Shown piece by piece: positions 38,201 through 47,095 of a stretch of 64,000 bases of DNA. Under the pieces are notes generated by a model. That model saw only the letters and a program-made list of their open reading frames with translations, was not told the origin of the DNA and searched no databases. Made by a program: the position numbers and the translations under genes. Source of the stretch: Candidatus Micrarchaeota archaeon (GTDB lineage Archaea; Micrarchaeota; Micrarchaeia; Anstonellales; Bilamarchaeaceae). The DNA is taken from the NCBI GenBank assembly GCA_038046805.1, contig JBBSVO010000003.1, positions 51,120 to 115,119 of the forward strand, in the 5' to 3' direction. The first letter of the stretch is position 1; every line of letters begins with the position of its first letter.

Positions 38201-38993
38201 CACAGGAAAACCCCTTGTAAACCTTGTTGAAATGCAAGAACAGGATGAAAAGATAACCTCCTGGATATCTGTAGATGCGTTTAGCGAAAAGGAATTCCTT
38301 TCAATGATAACCAAGAATGGAATAATCAAACGAATTTCACTGGACAATTTTTCAAGACCAAGAAAAGGTGGAATAATTGCCATAACTCTCAAAGAAGGAG
38401 ACCGACTTGTGGAAGTCGTGAAAACAGATGGAAAACAGGATCTTTTAGTTGCAACAAAGAATGGGCAGGCAATAAGATTTAACGAGCTTGATGCGCGCGA
38501 GATTGGAAGAACTGGGCAGGGCGTAATCGGAATTCGGTTCAAGGAAGGAGAAGATGAAGTAATTGGCATTACCATTTGCGATAAGCCAACAATATTGACG
38601 ATCACAGAAAACGGATACGGAAAAAGAACTCCGATTGAGGAATACCGCGCGCAGGGAAGAGGCGGAAGCGGAGTAATCAGCATAAAAACTGAAGGACGAA
38701 ACGGAACAGTGATCGGAATTAAAACCGTAAGCGATGATTACGAAGCAATAATAATAAGCTCAAAAGGCCAGACAATACGCGTGCCCATGAGCGGGATTTC
38801 GGTAATAGGAAGAAACACGCAGGGTGTGCGAATTATAAGGCTTGACGAGACTACTGGAGAAAAGGTAGCTAGTTTTGCAGTGATGAAAAGCGAGCGGGAA
38901 CTGGGTGGTACAGGAACAGAGACTAGCGCGGCACCTCAACCTCAGAAAGCGGAACCGCAACAGGACGCTGAGAGCACGCCTCAAAATCATTGA
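35274..38993 (+). CDS. gyrA: DNA gyrase subunit A (intein-containing)
   Basis: DGLKPVHRR, HPHGD, AAMRYTE, GyrA-box QRRGGKG, C-terminal pinwheel repeats. Confidence 0.98.
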   Translation: MAEKIEERPIENDMRESYMDYAMSVIVGRAIPDVCDGLKPVHRRILFGMYELSNTHDKQYKKSARIVGEILGKFHPHGDVAIYDTLVRMAQPFSLRYPLVDGQGNFGCFTKDTKVRLADGRSLSFEELIKENNDGRKNFTFTIDDTGNIKIAEILRPRLTIKDAEVMQIVLDNGEEIKCTLNHKFMLRNGEYKEAKDLRIGNSLMPLYTRLSTKDDDPNIANYEMVLQPINDKWDYVHHISDAWNIEHAMYAKSAGRIRHHLDFNKRNNYPNNIKRMKWKEHWQIHYSYASEKHKNDEDYRAKLAQGRKEYWANPENRKKQSERYSKINRERWQVPEYRLRMIKNLSEINKRYIQTHPEKRKELSERATKTLKRLWQDPVYRKFIHQKIINGNKNHTTNRTGRLKFLNICRHLLKRNEAICEQSYENARKIVYPYGHATTWLTGLLKYFNNDQNLVFCELNKNHKIAKIEFLGKREDVYDLTVEGTHNFALAAGVFVHNSIDGDNAAAMRYTETRMKKIAEEMLSDIDKETVDFTPNFDGTLKEPIVLPSRIPNLLINGSSGIAVGMATNIPPHNLGEICDAAAAIIDGADEDAIIHSITGPDFPTGGVIVGKAGIHSAYKTGRGILRVRGKAEIKGQKTGEPGETKSKAAKTVISITEIPYQVTKTAIIEKIAEAVRDKRIEGISGVHDRSDKDGLEVIVELKRDANPEVVLNQLYAHTQLETTFGIINLVLVGKEPKVLGIYKMLKQFVEFRKEVVTKRCIFELKIAEERAHILEGLRKALENIDEIVPFLKGSKDVADARAGLMSKYSLSEKQANAILDMKLQKLISLERKKIDDEFAELQKTISWLKDVLSDALKVLKIIKDELLDIKQKYNDKRRTEIIEVEGERTTEALIPNDEVVIMISNRGYVKRVSLDEYRSQRRGGKGVIGAETKEEDTITDILVTRNHNYLLIFSDKGRVYWMKTYVIPETGRYSTGKPLVNLVEMQEQDEKITSWISVDAFSEKEFLSMITKNGIIKRISLDNFSRPRKGGIIAITLKEGDRLVEVVKTDGKQDLLVATKNGQAIRFNELDAREIGRTGQGVIGIRFKEGEDEVIGITICDKPTILTITENGYGKRTPIEEYRAQGRGGSGVISIKTEGRNGTVIGIKTVSDDYEAIIISSKGQTIRVPMSGISVIGRNTQGVRIIRLDETTGEKVASFAVMKSERELGGTGTETSAAPQPQKAEPQQDAESTPQNH
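35595..36770 (+). mobile_element. Intein (392 aa) with HNH-type endonuclease
   Basis: GNFG/CFTKDT...CTLNHKF...VYDLTVEGTHNF...VHN/SIDGD, internal HH.DFNKRNN.P.N. Confidence 0.95.
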
Positions 38994-39414
38994 GCAAATA
39001 ACCAAGATACTCCCTGGAAACAGACATGAATCTTCCTGTTCTCGCCATTTCTGTTCCGAACAAAACCGCTGCCTGCATTCTAGTTAGTTCTAAATTGCCG
39101 TCACCTTCCAAAAATTCAGGAGAAACGCCCGTGGTTAGTAAACGGGTACGCGCCTCCAAATGCACGGGCGTCATTGTGCCATCGGTTTTGTGAACTTTTG
39201 AAAGCGCCAGTGTAGTTTTCAAAACATCAAGAAAAACATGTCTCAATCCCTCTTTTTGCGCCTTTTCATCTTCAGAAGTTCCCAACCCATGATATCTCTC
39301 AACGAGTTTCCATAGCGGAGTCTGTTTTTGAACCGCACGCGCTGCGGAAAGCGACCGACACGACCCATTACGCGGCTCGGATTTAGCATCAACATTACAC
39401 GGCATTACCATCAT
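38923..39414 (-). CDS. Hypothetical protein
   Basis: GGTGA SD, overlaps the gyrA 3' end. Confidence 0.6.
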   Translation of the reverse strand: MMVMPCNVDAKSEPRNGSCRSLSAARAVQKQTPLWKLVERYHGLGTSEDEKAQKEGLRHVFLDVLKTTLALSKVHKTDGTMTPVHLEARTRLLTTGVSPEFLEGDGNLELTRMQAAVLFGTEMARTGRFMSVSREYLGYLLNDFEACSQRPVAVPLSEVEVPR

Positions 39415-39440
39415 TTCACCTCAAAATATTATGGAAATTC

Positions 39441-39869
39441 TTAGTTCCCAACATCTTTATAAACTCCTTTTTTAAGGACAAAATGTTCTGCAAACAGATG
39501 TGGATTAACACCTTTTATCAGGCATATACGTCCATCTGAAAGGCAATCGGACAGAGTATCCAATGAGCCCCAGAGTTCTTCTCCGGGTTTTCTGGCGGAC
39601 TCAACAGCCTGCACGGATTCTAATCGTACCATAAGCCCAATTACCCTGGAAACCCCGTCCTCTTTGACTGACAAAACATATGCTCCATCCTCCCGCCTTT
39701 TTCCAACAAGGGTTTTCGGGTTTCTCGGATCGGTTGAAGAAATAAAAACAAAAGAAAGAGTTCCGAGCGCGATTGCTGTTTCGGATGCAGGAGTTCTTTG
39801 GCGTTTCAATCCTTCGCGCCTCTGCCCGCCGCGGCGCAAATCCTCCAAAGGCTTTAATGCTAATGCCAT
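39441..39869 (-). CDS. Hypothetical protein
   Basis: Abuts upstream ORF. Confidence 0.65.
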   Translation of the reverse strand: MALALKPLEDLRRGGQRREGLKRQRTPASETAIALGTLSFVFISSTDPRNPKTLVGKRREDGAYVLSVKEDGVSRVIGLMVRLESVQAVESARKPGEELWGSLDTLSDCLSDGRICLIKGVNPHLFAEHFVLKKGVYKDVGN

Positions 39870-40460
39870 CTAGCGGACCACCTCACCGAGCGCATGCTCC
39901 AACGCAACCCTCCACGGAGTAAACCGTTGTCCGCCATCCATGACTTCAAGATTTGTCGGAACATTTAGGTAAACTTCCACCGAATCCGGCCTTACCCCAC
40001 GTACGAATTTCCTTCCTTCTACTCCAAATGGATTCACCGTAGGTTCAGATAACGGATCAAAACCATGCGCGGGGCTTTCGCTTTGCACAGCACTTACTGC
40101 AAGTTCGGAATGATACACTCCAAGGCAACTACCTCCCGAAACAACCATCTCTTCACGTGTGCCACCTACCAAAAAGGCGGTGTATCCCACACGGGCGGTT
40201 CTTAACGCAAGCTGAACCATCTCTTTGCTTAAAGGAACCGCATGACCTTCACGCGTTACACCCATCACTTTTCTTGAGAGCCCTTCTCCGGCATCGGCTG
40301 GAACGTAATTTACGCGTTCCGCGTTCTGTGGGCTTACATCTGACCGCGGGTTTGCATAATCAAGCAATCCAACCAATCGCCCAAAGGAGACTTTCGGCTC
40401 TGCCCGTAACGTCCTAGAACATACGGCGTCAATTGTAACTGGATTTAATACTGCAACCAT
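39870..40460 (-). CDS. Hypothetical protein
   Basis: AGGTGA SD before MVAVLN. Confidence 0.65.
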   Translation of the reverse strand: MVAVLNPVTIDAVCSRTLRAEPKVSFGRLVGLLDYANPRSDVSPQNAERVNYVPADAGEGLSRKVMGVTREGHAVPLSKEMVQLALRTARVGYTAFLVGGTREEMVVSGGSCLGVYHSELAVSAVQSESPAHGFDPLSEPTVNPFGVEGRKFVRGVRPDSVEVYLNVPTNLEVMDGGQRFTPWRVALEHALGEVVR

Positions 40461-40468
40461 ATTCTCAC

Positions 40469-40807
40469 CTACAAAACAAAGTTCGGTACCTGACCAAACT
40501 CCTGCACAACGCGCCAAACAGTCATTCTGGACACTCCAAACATGACTGCAAGCTGCCTCAGAGAATACGGCCGGCTATAATACGCCTCAAGAAGCTTTTC
40601 ACGCTTCTCTACATCCATGCAATTTGGCCTTCCAACTTTACTGTCGTCTGACTTATTATTATACCTATTTTCATCTACAAAATTAGATTCTGCTTGTTTT
40701 TCGCTGGCACTACCTCTGCCAAAAACTAAACTCTCACTGGATTTCACACCACCCTTTTGATGGTACCAACCGACAACACCCTTTCGGCTTCTTTCCCATT
40801 TTTTCAC
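40469..40807 (-). CDS. Small HTH protein (resolvase/Hin-type HTH), start uncertain
   Basis: GRP....REKLL......SLRQLA..FGVSRMTVWR. Confidence 0.7.
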   Translation of the reverse strand: MKKWERSRKGVVGWYHQKGGVKSSESLVFGRGSASEKQAESNFVDENRYNNKSDDSKVGRPNCMDVEKREKLLEAYYSRPYSLRQLAVMFGVSRMTVWRVVQEFGQVPNFVL

Positions 40808-40924
40808 CCCTTTTTGTTTTTTTTTATTTTATTTATTGTTTGTTTTTTCTAGCACCCCGTCTGCGCCAACCGCATAAGAAGGCTATTAGAGATGTTTAAG
40901 TGAGGAATAAATATTTAAAGGTAT

Positions 40925-40975
40925 GTCACAAACTGCGCAGCAGTTTTGACTGAAAAGAACGAATCGTCGTTCTTT
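40925..40975. repeat. Tandem hairpins including GAACGA-ATCG-TCGTTC family motif
   Basis: GTCACAAACTGC-GCAGTTTTGAC and AAAGAACGA/TCGTTCTTT. Confidence 0.6.
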
Positions 40976-40987
40976 GTTAGTCCCAAA

Positions 40988-41827
40988 TTACGAAATTCGG
41001 AAAAAATTAAAAGTGAAAAAAGTCCCAACCTTGTCCTTTATAAAATCCAAAACTCTGGACACAAACGGAGTCTTATCCGGGTGATTCGGCGATTCGAATA
41101 GCATCAGCGTGAATGTATCGCCCGCACAATAGTGTGTTTGCGTCTTCACCAGCTTGTAAGGCGCGAACAGGTGCTCGTATTCTTCTGGAGTTCTTAAAAT
41201 TGTATATCTGGATATTGGAAAATCCGGCCCTTCATAAGTGTGTTCAGCAATGAATATTCTGTCGCTCAGATCCATCATTCTCTGGATGGTTGCTCGAAGT
41301 TCTGTCGGAGAAAGAATGTGGAGCAAAACAATAGAATCAAAAACCAAATCGAATCGTTCTCCAGTTGCAAGCGGAACTTCGGTTATTTTGCCAAGATGTA
41401 ATTGGACATTAGCACAACCTTCGAGATACCGTTTTGCCTGTTCAAGCATTAATGGTGAGATGTCGCACCCTACAACTCGCGCGGCTATATTAGCCAGCAA
41501 ACGGGTAAAACGACCTATGCCAACTCCTAATTCAAATATTGTTCTTTCCCCAATGTAATCACGCAGGAAATCAATTACGGCGAATTCGAAATTCAATGAC
41601 GCATGATTATTCTCTTCTACAGTATGCCTGGCAGACATAACACTTTGCAAACCCGGCCTTTGTGCACGTGTATCCCAGTGTGCACGAATTTCGGATTCCG
41701 GAATTTGTTCCTTTTCTTTACGCTCGATTTGCTGGTATGTATCAAGTTCTCCTGGTGCTGTTGAAAATGCACGAACCCCCTGTTGCACGGAATTTCTGCT
41801 GGGATAGTTAAACCATTTCAATTTCAT
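40988..41827 (-). CDS. Class I SAM-dependent methyltransferase
   Basis: FELGVGIGR, GCDIS..ML, FDLVF. Confidence 0.9.
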   Translation of the reverse strand: MKLKWFNYPSRNSVQQGVRAFSTAPGELDTYQQIERKEKEQIPESEIRAHWDTRAQRPGLQSVMSARHTVEENNHASLNFEFAVIDFLRDYIGERTIFELGVGIGRFTRLLANIAARVVGCDISPLMLEQAKRYLEGCANVQLHLGKITEVPLATGERFDLVFDSIVLLHILSPTELRATIQRMMDLSDRIFIAEHTYEGPDFPISRYTILRTPEEYEHLFAPYKLVKTQTHYCAGDTFTLMLFESPNHPDKTPFVSRVLDFIKDKVGTFFTFNFFRIS

Positions 41828-41932
41828 ATGATCACCATGTTATTTGTTGTAGAAAGTTGTATTTATTTCCTTTTGATGATTTATTTATCAAAACCGTAAA
41901 ATATTAATATGTTTTTAGGTAATGATAGATAT

Positions 41933-42931
41933 ATGTCCAACTTAGATTTACCAAAAGTCGATGAAAAAGATAAAAAGATATTATTGGAATTGGAAACAAA
42001 CGCAAGGCAAAGCGCATCACAGATCGCAAAAAGGGTCGGCTTGTCAAAGGAAGTAGTAAATTACAGGATTAAACGATACCTTGCAAGTGGGATTATAACC
42101 AAATTTTTTGTGATTCCAAATTTTGACCGCTTAGGCCTGACAACCTACAGGATATATCTGCAATTCCGTGCGACCACCCAGAAAAAAGAAAGCGAAATTA
42201 TAGATTATATAAAAAACAAAATGCCATGCCAGTGGATAGGGATATGCGATGGCAGATGGGATATAATCGCACGTATATGTGCAAAGGATATTTTTGAATT
42301 CAATAGCATGATGAGTGATTTTCTTGAAGTGCATGGAGAATCCATAAGAGAAAAGACAATCGCAATACAACTTAGACATACGTGGTGGCCAAGCACATAT
42401 GGACTCACTGAAAAAACTGAAGGAAAAACCCCTAGACATTATGTCCCCACAAATGTAAAACCAATTGAATATGATGAAAAGGACCTGATTACATTAAGCG
42501 AAATGACTGAAAACGCGCGCGTTCCCACGGTTGAAATTGCAAAAAAGGCGGGTCTTTCCCCAGATGCGGTGAAGTATAGAATTAATCGTCTCACCAAAGA
42601 AGGCGTAATAACGCAGGTTAAAAGTTATTTCAACCGTCAAAAATTTGGTTACCAGCACAACCAGGTATTTGTGAGATTTTACCAGGAACCCGTTGGGATA
42701 AAAAAATTCATAGATTTTTTAAACACACTTCCAGAATGTTTTTTCATATCCTCCATGGTAGGGGCGTGGGATATGCAATTCGGAATAGATGCCAGAAATT
42801 CTATAGAGTTTCATGAGATATTCGGAAAAATAAAAGAAAAATTCCCAGAGGTAATTCGGGAATACGAAACATTGATTGTGTATGAGGAATCCTCTCCCAA
42901 CCCGTTTAGGCATTTATTGGAGCGGAAATAG
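41933..42931 (+). CDS. Tandem Lrp/AsnC regulator
   Basis: Two DEKD..IL..L..NAR HTH plus RAM units. Confidence 0.92.
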   Translation: MSNLDLPKVDEKDKKILLELETNARQSASQIAKRVGLSKEVVNYRIKRYLASGIITKFFVIPNFDRLGLTTYRIYLQFRATTQKKESEIIDYIKNKMPCQWIGICDGRWDIIARICAKDIFEFNSMMSDFLEVHGESIREKTIAIQLRHTWWPSTYGLTEKTEGKTPRHYVPTNVKPIEYDEKDLITLSEMTENARVPTVEIAKKAGLSPDAVKYRINRLTKEGVITQVKSYFNRQKFGYQHNQVFVRFYQEPVGIKKFIDFLNTLPECFFISSMVGAWDMQFGIDARNSIEFHEIFGKIKEKFPEVIREYETLIVYEESSPNPFRHLLERK

Positions 42932-43940
42932 GCGCAAGTGAATGCACGTGCTCGGAAACAGCCCTTCTGAAATCTTCTGACTTCGGCAGTTTTTTATTTG
43001 GATGAATCCTGAAATACTCATAAATGCCAATACCTACTTCATAATGCACTGATTTTATAGAACTGAAAAGTGAGGAGATTGCATCTAAAAAACCAATCAA
43101 TCGATAAAGGTCTTGAACCGCGGGAAATTGAGTTATTTGAGGTGCTTTTGCCGAGATTCCACCCTGCAAAACATATGATTCTCCTTCTACCCAGCACATA
43201 AAAAAATCCGCCAGCGGAGCAGCATAAGTAAGATATGATTTTAATGATTCTACGTCCATCCCAACCCTTTCAGCGAGCTTTAATACCTCTGGCAAAGCAA
43301 AAAAATCAAGTTCGTGGGTTCTCATACCAAACCTGATTCTCATCTCTCTTAAACGAGCATCTGCATGAATTGCATCAACAAGAGAGGCATAACCTCTCAT
43401 TCCAGTCCTTTGTCTAAATATACTAAATAGCTCTTCATGTTCTGGCTGAAGGGAATGCCGCAATTCATGCACTGCAACAATAACTGAGTAGATAGGTCTT
43501 GAAACATCAAATTCTAAAAAAAGTGAACGGACTATATCTCCCCGGGCATCCTGTGTAATGGCAATGCCACCGGTATCCGAGTCAGGATTAATTTTATCGA
43601 TCTTACCTCGCCTAAATAGTTCTGCAGTGTCACGTATACCACTGTGAACGCACACTGCATCAGTTGCCAGCATAACCATCCCCAGGGGATTAACAGGCCT
43701 GACGGGATTAAAAGACTCAAGACGACACATTGTGTCTTGCAATACTTCTTTGCCCTCACGCGCAATCACACGCATGTTCCCTGCCTTAGCAATATCTTCA
43801 AGAAGCCCTCTGCAGCGTAAAAAAAGGGCAATATCTTCTCTATTGTATAGAGCGATTCCACTACGTACTCCACCAAATTTTTCAAGCGCCCTTTTTGCAA
43901 AAGAAGCATGACCAATAGATACAATTTCCCGTAGTTCCAT
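42906..43940 (-). CDS. Hypothetical zincin-like protein
   Basis: VHELRH plus downstream VEGE. Confidence 0.6.
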   Translation of the reverse strand: MELREIVSIGHASFAKRALEKFGGVRSGIALYNREDIALFLRCRGLLEDIAKAGNMRVIAREGKEVLQDTMCRLESFNPVRPVNPLGMVMLATDAVCVHSGIRDTAELFRRGKIDKINPDSDTGGIAITQDARGDIVRSLFLEFDVSRPIYSVIVAVHELRHSLQPEHEELFSIFRQRTGMRGYASLVDAIHADARLREMRIRFGMRTHELDFFALPEVLKLAERVGMDVESLKSYLTYAAPLADFFMCWVEGESYVLQGGISAKAPQITQFPAVQDLYRLIGFLDAISSLFSSIKSVHYEVGIGIYEYFRIHPNKKLPKSEDFRRAVSEHVHSLAPISAPINA

Positions 43941-44038
43941 TATATATAACGTAAACAAAAGGGTATAAAAAGAGGCAATATACGATTTAATAAAACGCTG
44001 AACCAAAAATCGAAAACACTAGACTGGAAACAAAAAAA

Positions 44039-44189
44039 TGCGACCGTCGGGATTCGAACCCGAGTCATTAGCTTGGAAGGCTAAGATCCTACCGATGTCC
44101 AAACCAAATGGCAGGTGATGCATTATGGTTTTCGAAAACCTTTTGCCATAAGGTTTCATCAGCCAAAAGGTTTGCTAGACTACGATCGC
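44039..44189 (-). tRNA. tRNA-Gly(TCC) with 80-nt intron at 15/16 (44095-44174)
   Basis: Spliced GCGATCGTAGTCTAG/CGGTAGGATCTTAGCCTTCCAAGCTAATGACTCGGGTTCGAATCCCGACGGTCGCA, BHB-like helix GTCT/GGAC. Confidence 0.93.
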
Positions 44190-44223
44190 TACCGTAAATA
44201 AAAATGCGCAGAAAGGATTAAAA

Positions 44224-44409
44224 TCAGATTCTCTGGTCCGTAGCAGCAAGTCCTGCCCCTACACCTGCGAATATGCCTCCTGCTACCATCCATGTTGCAG
44301 ACGGAATTCCCTGAATTGGATTAATCGGCATGTTGCTGAATAACCCTAGTGCAAGCATTCCACCGCCAACTGCCATCACACCAACTCCGGTAAAAGTCTG
44401 TAAACCCAT
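44224..44409 (-). CDS. Small two-TM Gly-rich membrane protein
   Basis: 61 aa, two hydrophobic segments, GGTGG SD. Confidence 0.7.
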   Translation of the reverse strand: MGLQTFTGVGVMAVGGGMLALGLFSNMPINPIQGIPSATWMVAGGIFAGVGAGLAATDQRI

Positions 44410-44424
44410 ATAGCCACCATTACG

Positions 44425-45078
44425 TTAAAACATCTCTGCAAGCCCTGCGAGGAATTTTTTCGGGTCGTCCGCATTTACGAACGCACTTGCAAGCAAAACC
44501 CCATCAACGCCAAGACCAAGCGCCTTTTTCACGTCTGCGGCATTGCTGACACCAGCACCACACAGTACTGGAATCTTATCGTTTATAGCCTTAATTTTCT
44601 TTATTGTTTCAGTTACGATTTCCGGCTTTGCATTTGAAACGCTAACTCCGCTTCCGATTAATTCGGGCGGCTCTATTGCAATATAAGTCGGATGAAACGT
44701 CGCAACCTGCTCCGCCTCTTTCGGACTTTCTGCACAAACCAGTCCTTCAAGCGCATTTTGATGAAGCCTTTCGATGGTGGCCTTTATTTTGTCATGCGGA
44801 CGAAGTTTTTTCTCTGAGTGATTAACAATAGAACCCTTGACTTTTATTTTTTTAAGAAGTTCCGCTGGAACCGAACCAGTGAATGCACCAGGACTCTCGG
44901 CATCAACGTGCTGTGCGAAAACGTCTGAGAACCTCTCTGCTGCATCCTTGAGAAATGGTGCTGGAGGACAAATAACGATTCTCACTCCGGTTTCCGCAAC
45001 TACTTCGCTGACAATGTCTGTAAAATAGAGTGCTTTTTCAAGCGTTCGGTCATATGTCTTCAGGTTAAGGACGATCAT
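44425..45078 (-). CDS. tpiA: Triosephosphate isomerase (archaeal type)
   Basis: NLKTY, NHSE, IEPPELIG, GAG, GVLLAS. Confidence 0.97.
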   Translation of the reverse strand: MIVLNLKTYDRTLEKALYFTDIVSEVVAETGVRIVICPPAPFLKDAAERFSDVFAQHVDAESPGAFTGSVPAELLKKIKVKGSIVNHSEKKLRPHDKIKATIERLHQNALEGLVCAESPKEAEQVATFHPTYIAIEPPELIGSGVSVSNAKPEIVTETIKKIKAINDKIPVLCGAGVSNAADVKKALGLGVDGVLLASAFVNADDPKKFLAGLAEMF

Positions 45079-45136
45079 AATTGAATATTAGAAGGTAAAG
45101 AAATAAAAGAGGATTGCAACCCTAACTTATATATTC

Positions 45137-45342
45137 GCTGGAGTCGCATAACCTGGTAGTGCGTCGGTCTCGAACCGATTTTCGAGCAAACCGATCCCTT
45201 TGGGATTGTAGGTTCAAACACAAGCCTTTTGGATTCCAAAAGCATTAGGACAAAAGGCTGGTGCTTATCCAAAATCAAGGAGAAGCAAACGGAACCGTTA
45301 CGCGAAACGGAAAACCAAAAACTGAAAATCCTACCTCCAGCG
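45137..45342 (+). tRNA. tRNA-Ser(CGA) with introns at 37/38 (45175-45188) and 59/60 (45219-45328)
   Basis: Acceptor GCTGGAG/CTCCAGC, long variable arm, helices CTCG/CGAG and TTCA/TGAA with 3-nt bulges. Confidence 0.92.
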
Positions 45343-45455
45343 TTTTGTTTTACAAAACGCGGTAGCCTGGCAGCAGCCAAGTCTGCCGGCGTTTTATTTT
45401 CTATTTCTCAGCCAAACCACTACCTTTATAAATAACAAACGACAAATATACATAT

Positions 45456-46703
45456 ATGACAACTCATAGGCAATTGTCACTTCCTGGTCTGAACGCAACC
45501 CCCGGAACACTTGCAAGAATTCACCGGATAGATAGAAGACTTACTCAAAAATGGGACGGTTTTAATGCACATATAGCACGTATTCTGGGAGAACTTGAGG
45601 ATGCAAGCTCGGCATCTCTTTACGTGGTACGCACAGAAAAACCGAACGGAACTGCAACTCCAGAAAGCGAACTGGCATTTTCATCAAAAGTAGTACGAAC
45701 CGTATTAACTGAAGAGCAGGCGAAAAGGAGAATCCCCCCATATAGGGTAGTTTCTGCAGAAGATAGTTGGGGCAGTTTAAGCGATCCTGAAAGAATTCAT
45801 CCTGCAACCACACTACGGGGAGGCATGTCGTTTATATTTAGCGATGGAAGAACAGCATCTAGTTATACTACTGATGAGGGGGATTATACTCATCGTGAAA
45901 TTGAATTAATAACACCTTCAACAACCAACCAGATACTTCTTCCATTATATACGGAAGTAGAAGGAGAAACTCCTGAAAGATTGGGGGTTCTCTCTTTTGA
46001 AGGAAAAAACCTTTTTTGGAAAGATTCGACCTGCGTAACCGAAGCAGAGAAGATGCTGGAGATTATGCTTATCATGTCCCTCCTCTCAACAGGCATATCT
46101 GCAAAACTTGAATCAGGAACAGACGCACTTACAAAACTCATGAGAAAAAAAGAGTTCAAGAGTGAACTAAGCCGAGTGCTTAGAGCAGTCAAAGAAGGAA
46201 CAATACCGGATTTTTCAATTGTGATGGCGGACATAGATTATTTCAAAAGGATAAACGACACACATGGGCACCTTGCCGGAGATGCAGTTCTTGAAATAGT
46301 CGCAGATGTTCTGATGAGCAGCGTCAGGAATGAGCAGAAAGTTGCACGAATGGAAGGAAGGAACGCCAATACCGAACATCCGATTTTTGATGTCGTTGCG
46401 AGATATGGGGGCGAGGAATTTGCCATAATCGCCATAACCGGCATAGACGGAGCGTTAAAGATGGCCGAAAGACTCAGGAAATCCGTGGAAGAAGCATGCA
46501 GAGAAATAGAAGGCAAAGTCTCGGGAGTAACCTGTAGTTTCGGAGTCGCAAGCCTTTTGCAGTGCATAAATGGCATTTCAGATATCGGAGCAGAAACAGG
46601 GCGGCTTATAATGGAAAGAGCGGACCAGATGCTTTATCAGGCAAAACGAAACGGCCGCAATAGGGTTGAACCGCAACCTGCGCCAACTGATTGGGCATTA
46701 TGA
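45456..46703 (+). CDS. GGDEF-domain diguanylate cyclase with N-terminal GAF-like region
   Basis: DALTKL, DIDYFKRINDTHGHLAGD, RYGGEEF, RADQMLYQAKRNGRN. Confidence 0.92.
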   Translation: MTTHRQLSLPGLNATPGTLARIHRIDRRLTQKWDGFNAHIARILGELEDASSASLYVVRTEKPNGTATPESELAFSSKVVRTVLTEEQAKRRIPPYRVVSAEDSWGSLSDPERIHPATTLRGGMSFIFSDGRTASSYTTDEGDYTHREIELITPSTTNQILLPLYTEVEGETPERLGVLSFEGKNLFWKDSTCVTEAEKMLEIMLIMSLLSTGISAKLESGTDALTKLMRKKEFKSELSRVLRAVKEGTIPDFSIVMADIDYFKRINDTHGHLAGDAVLEIVADVLMSSVRNEQKVARMEGRNANTEHPIFDVVARYGGEEFAIIAITGIDGALKMAERLRKSVEEACREIEGKVSGVTCSFGVASLLQCINGISDIGAETGRLIMERADQMLYQAKRNGRNRVEPQPAPTDWAL

Positions 46704-46759
46704 TGTTGTTCCGCTATCCGAAGAATTTTTAATTCCAATCCTGCAACGTTTTCTTATTA

Positions 46760-47048
46760 GCCCCAATAGCTCAGGGCCCTTTTGACTTCTGAAACCTAAA
46801 GACAAAAGCGTTACATTTGAAAAACGTTGTTTCGTTTTTCAAAATTTTGAACGATTCGTCGTTCAAATCTTCGGAAAAGTCCTTAGGCAGCATAAATCAA
46901 AAGGGACGAGTAATGGTAGAGCGCCTCTCTCGTACTTGCTGGTTCTGAGTCAAGCGTTTTGTGTCTTATTATCCAAGACACTGAACTGGAAACTCGAAAC
47001 CGGAAACAGGCAAGGAGGAGGTCGGGAGTTCAAATCTCTCTTGGGGCT
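46760..47048 (+). tRNA. tRNA-Thr(CGT) with introns at 15/16 (46775-46913) and anticodon loop (about 46935-47012)
   Basis: Acceptor GCCCCAA/TTGGGGC, D-loop helix GCTC/GAGT. Removing 139+78 nt gives a 72-nt cloverleaf. Confidence 0.9.
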
Positions 47049-47095
47049 ATTTGTATTTTATAATTATCAGTTCAAATGAATCTGGATGTGTTTAT

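Noticed and set aside
45075..45435. ORFs overlapping tRNA-Ser (also 60996-61322 over tRNA-Gln and 26795-27157 over the repeat locus)
   Set aside because: Spurious frames across RNA genes
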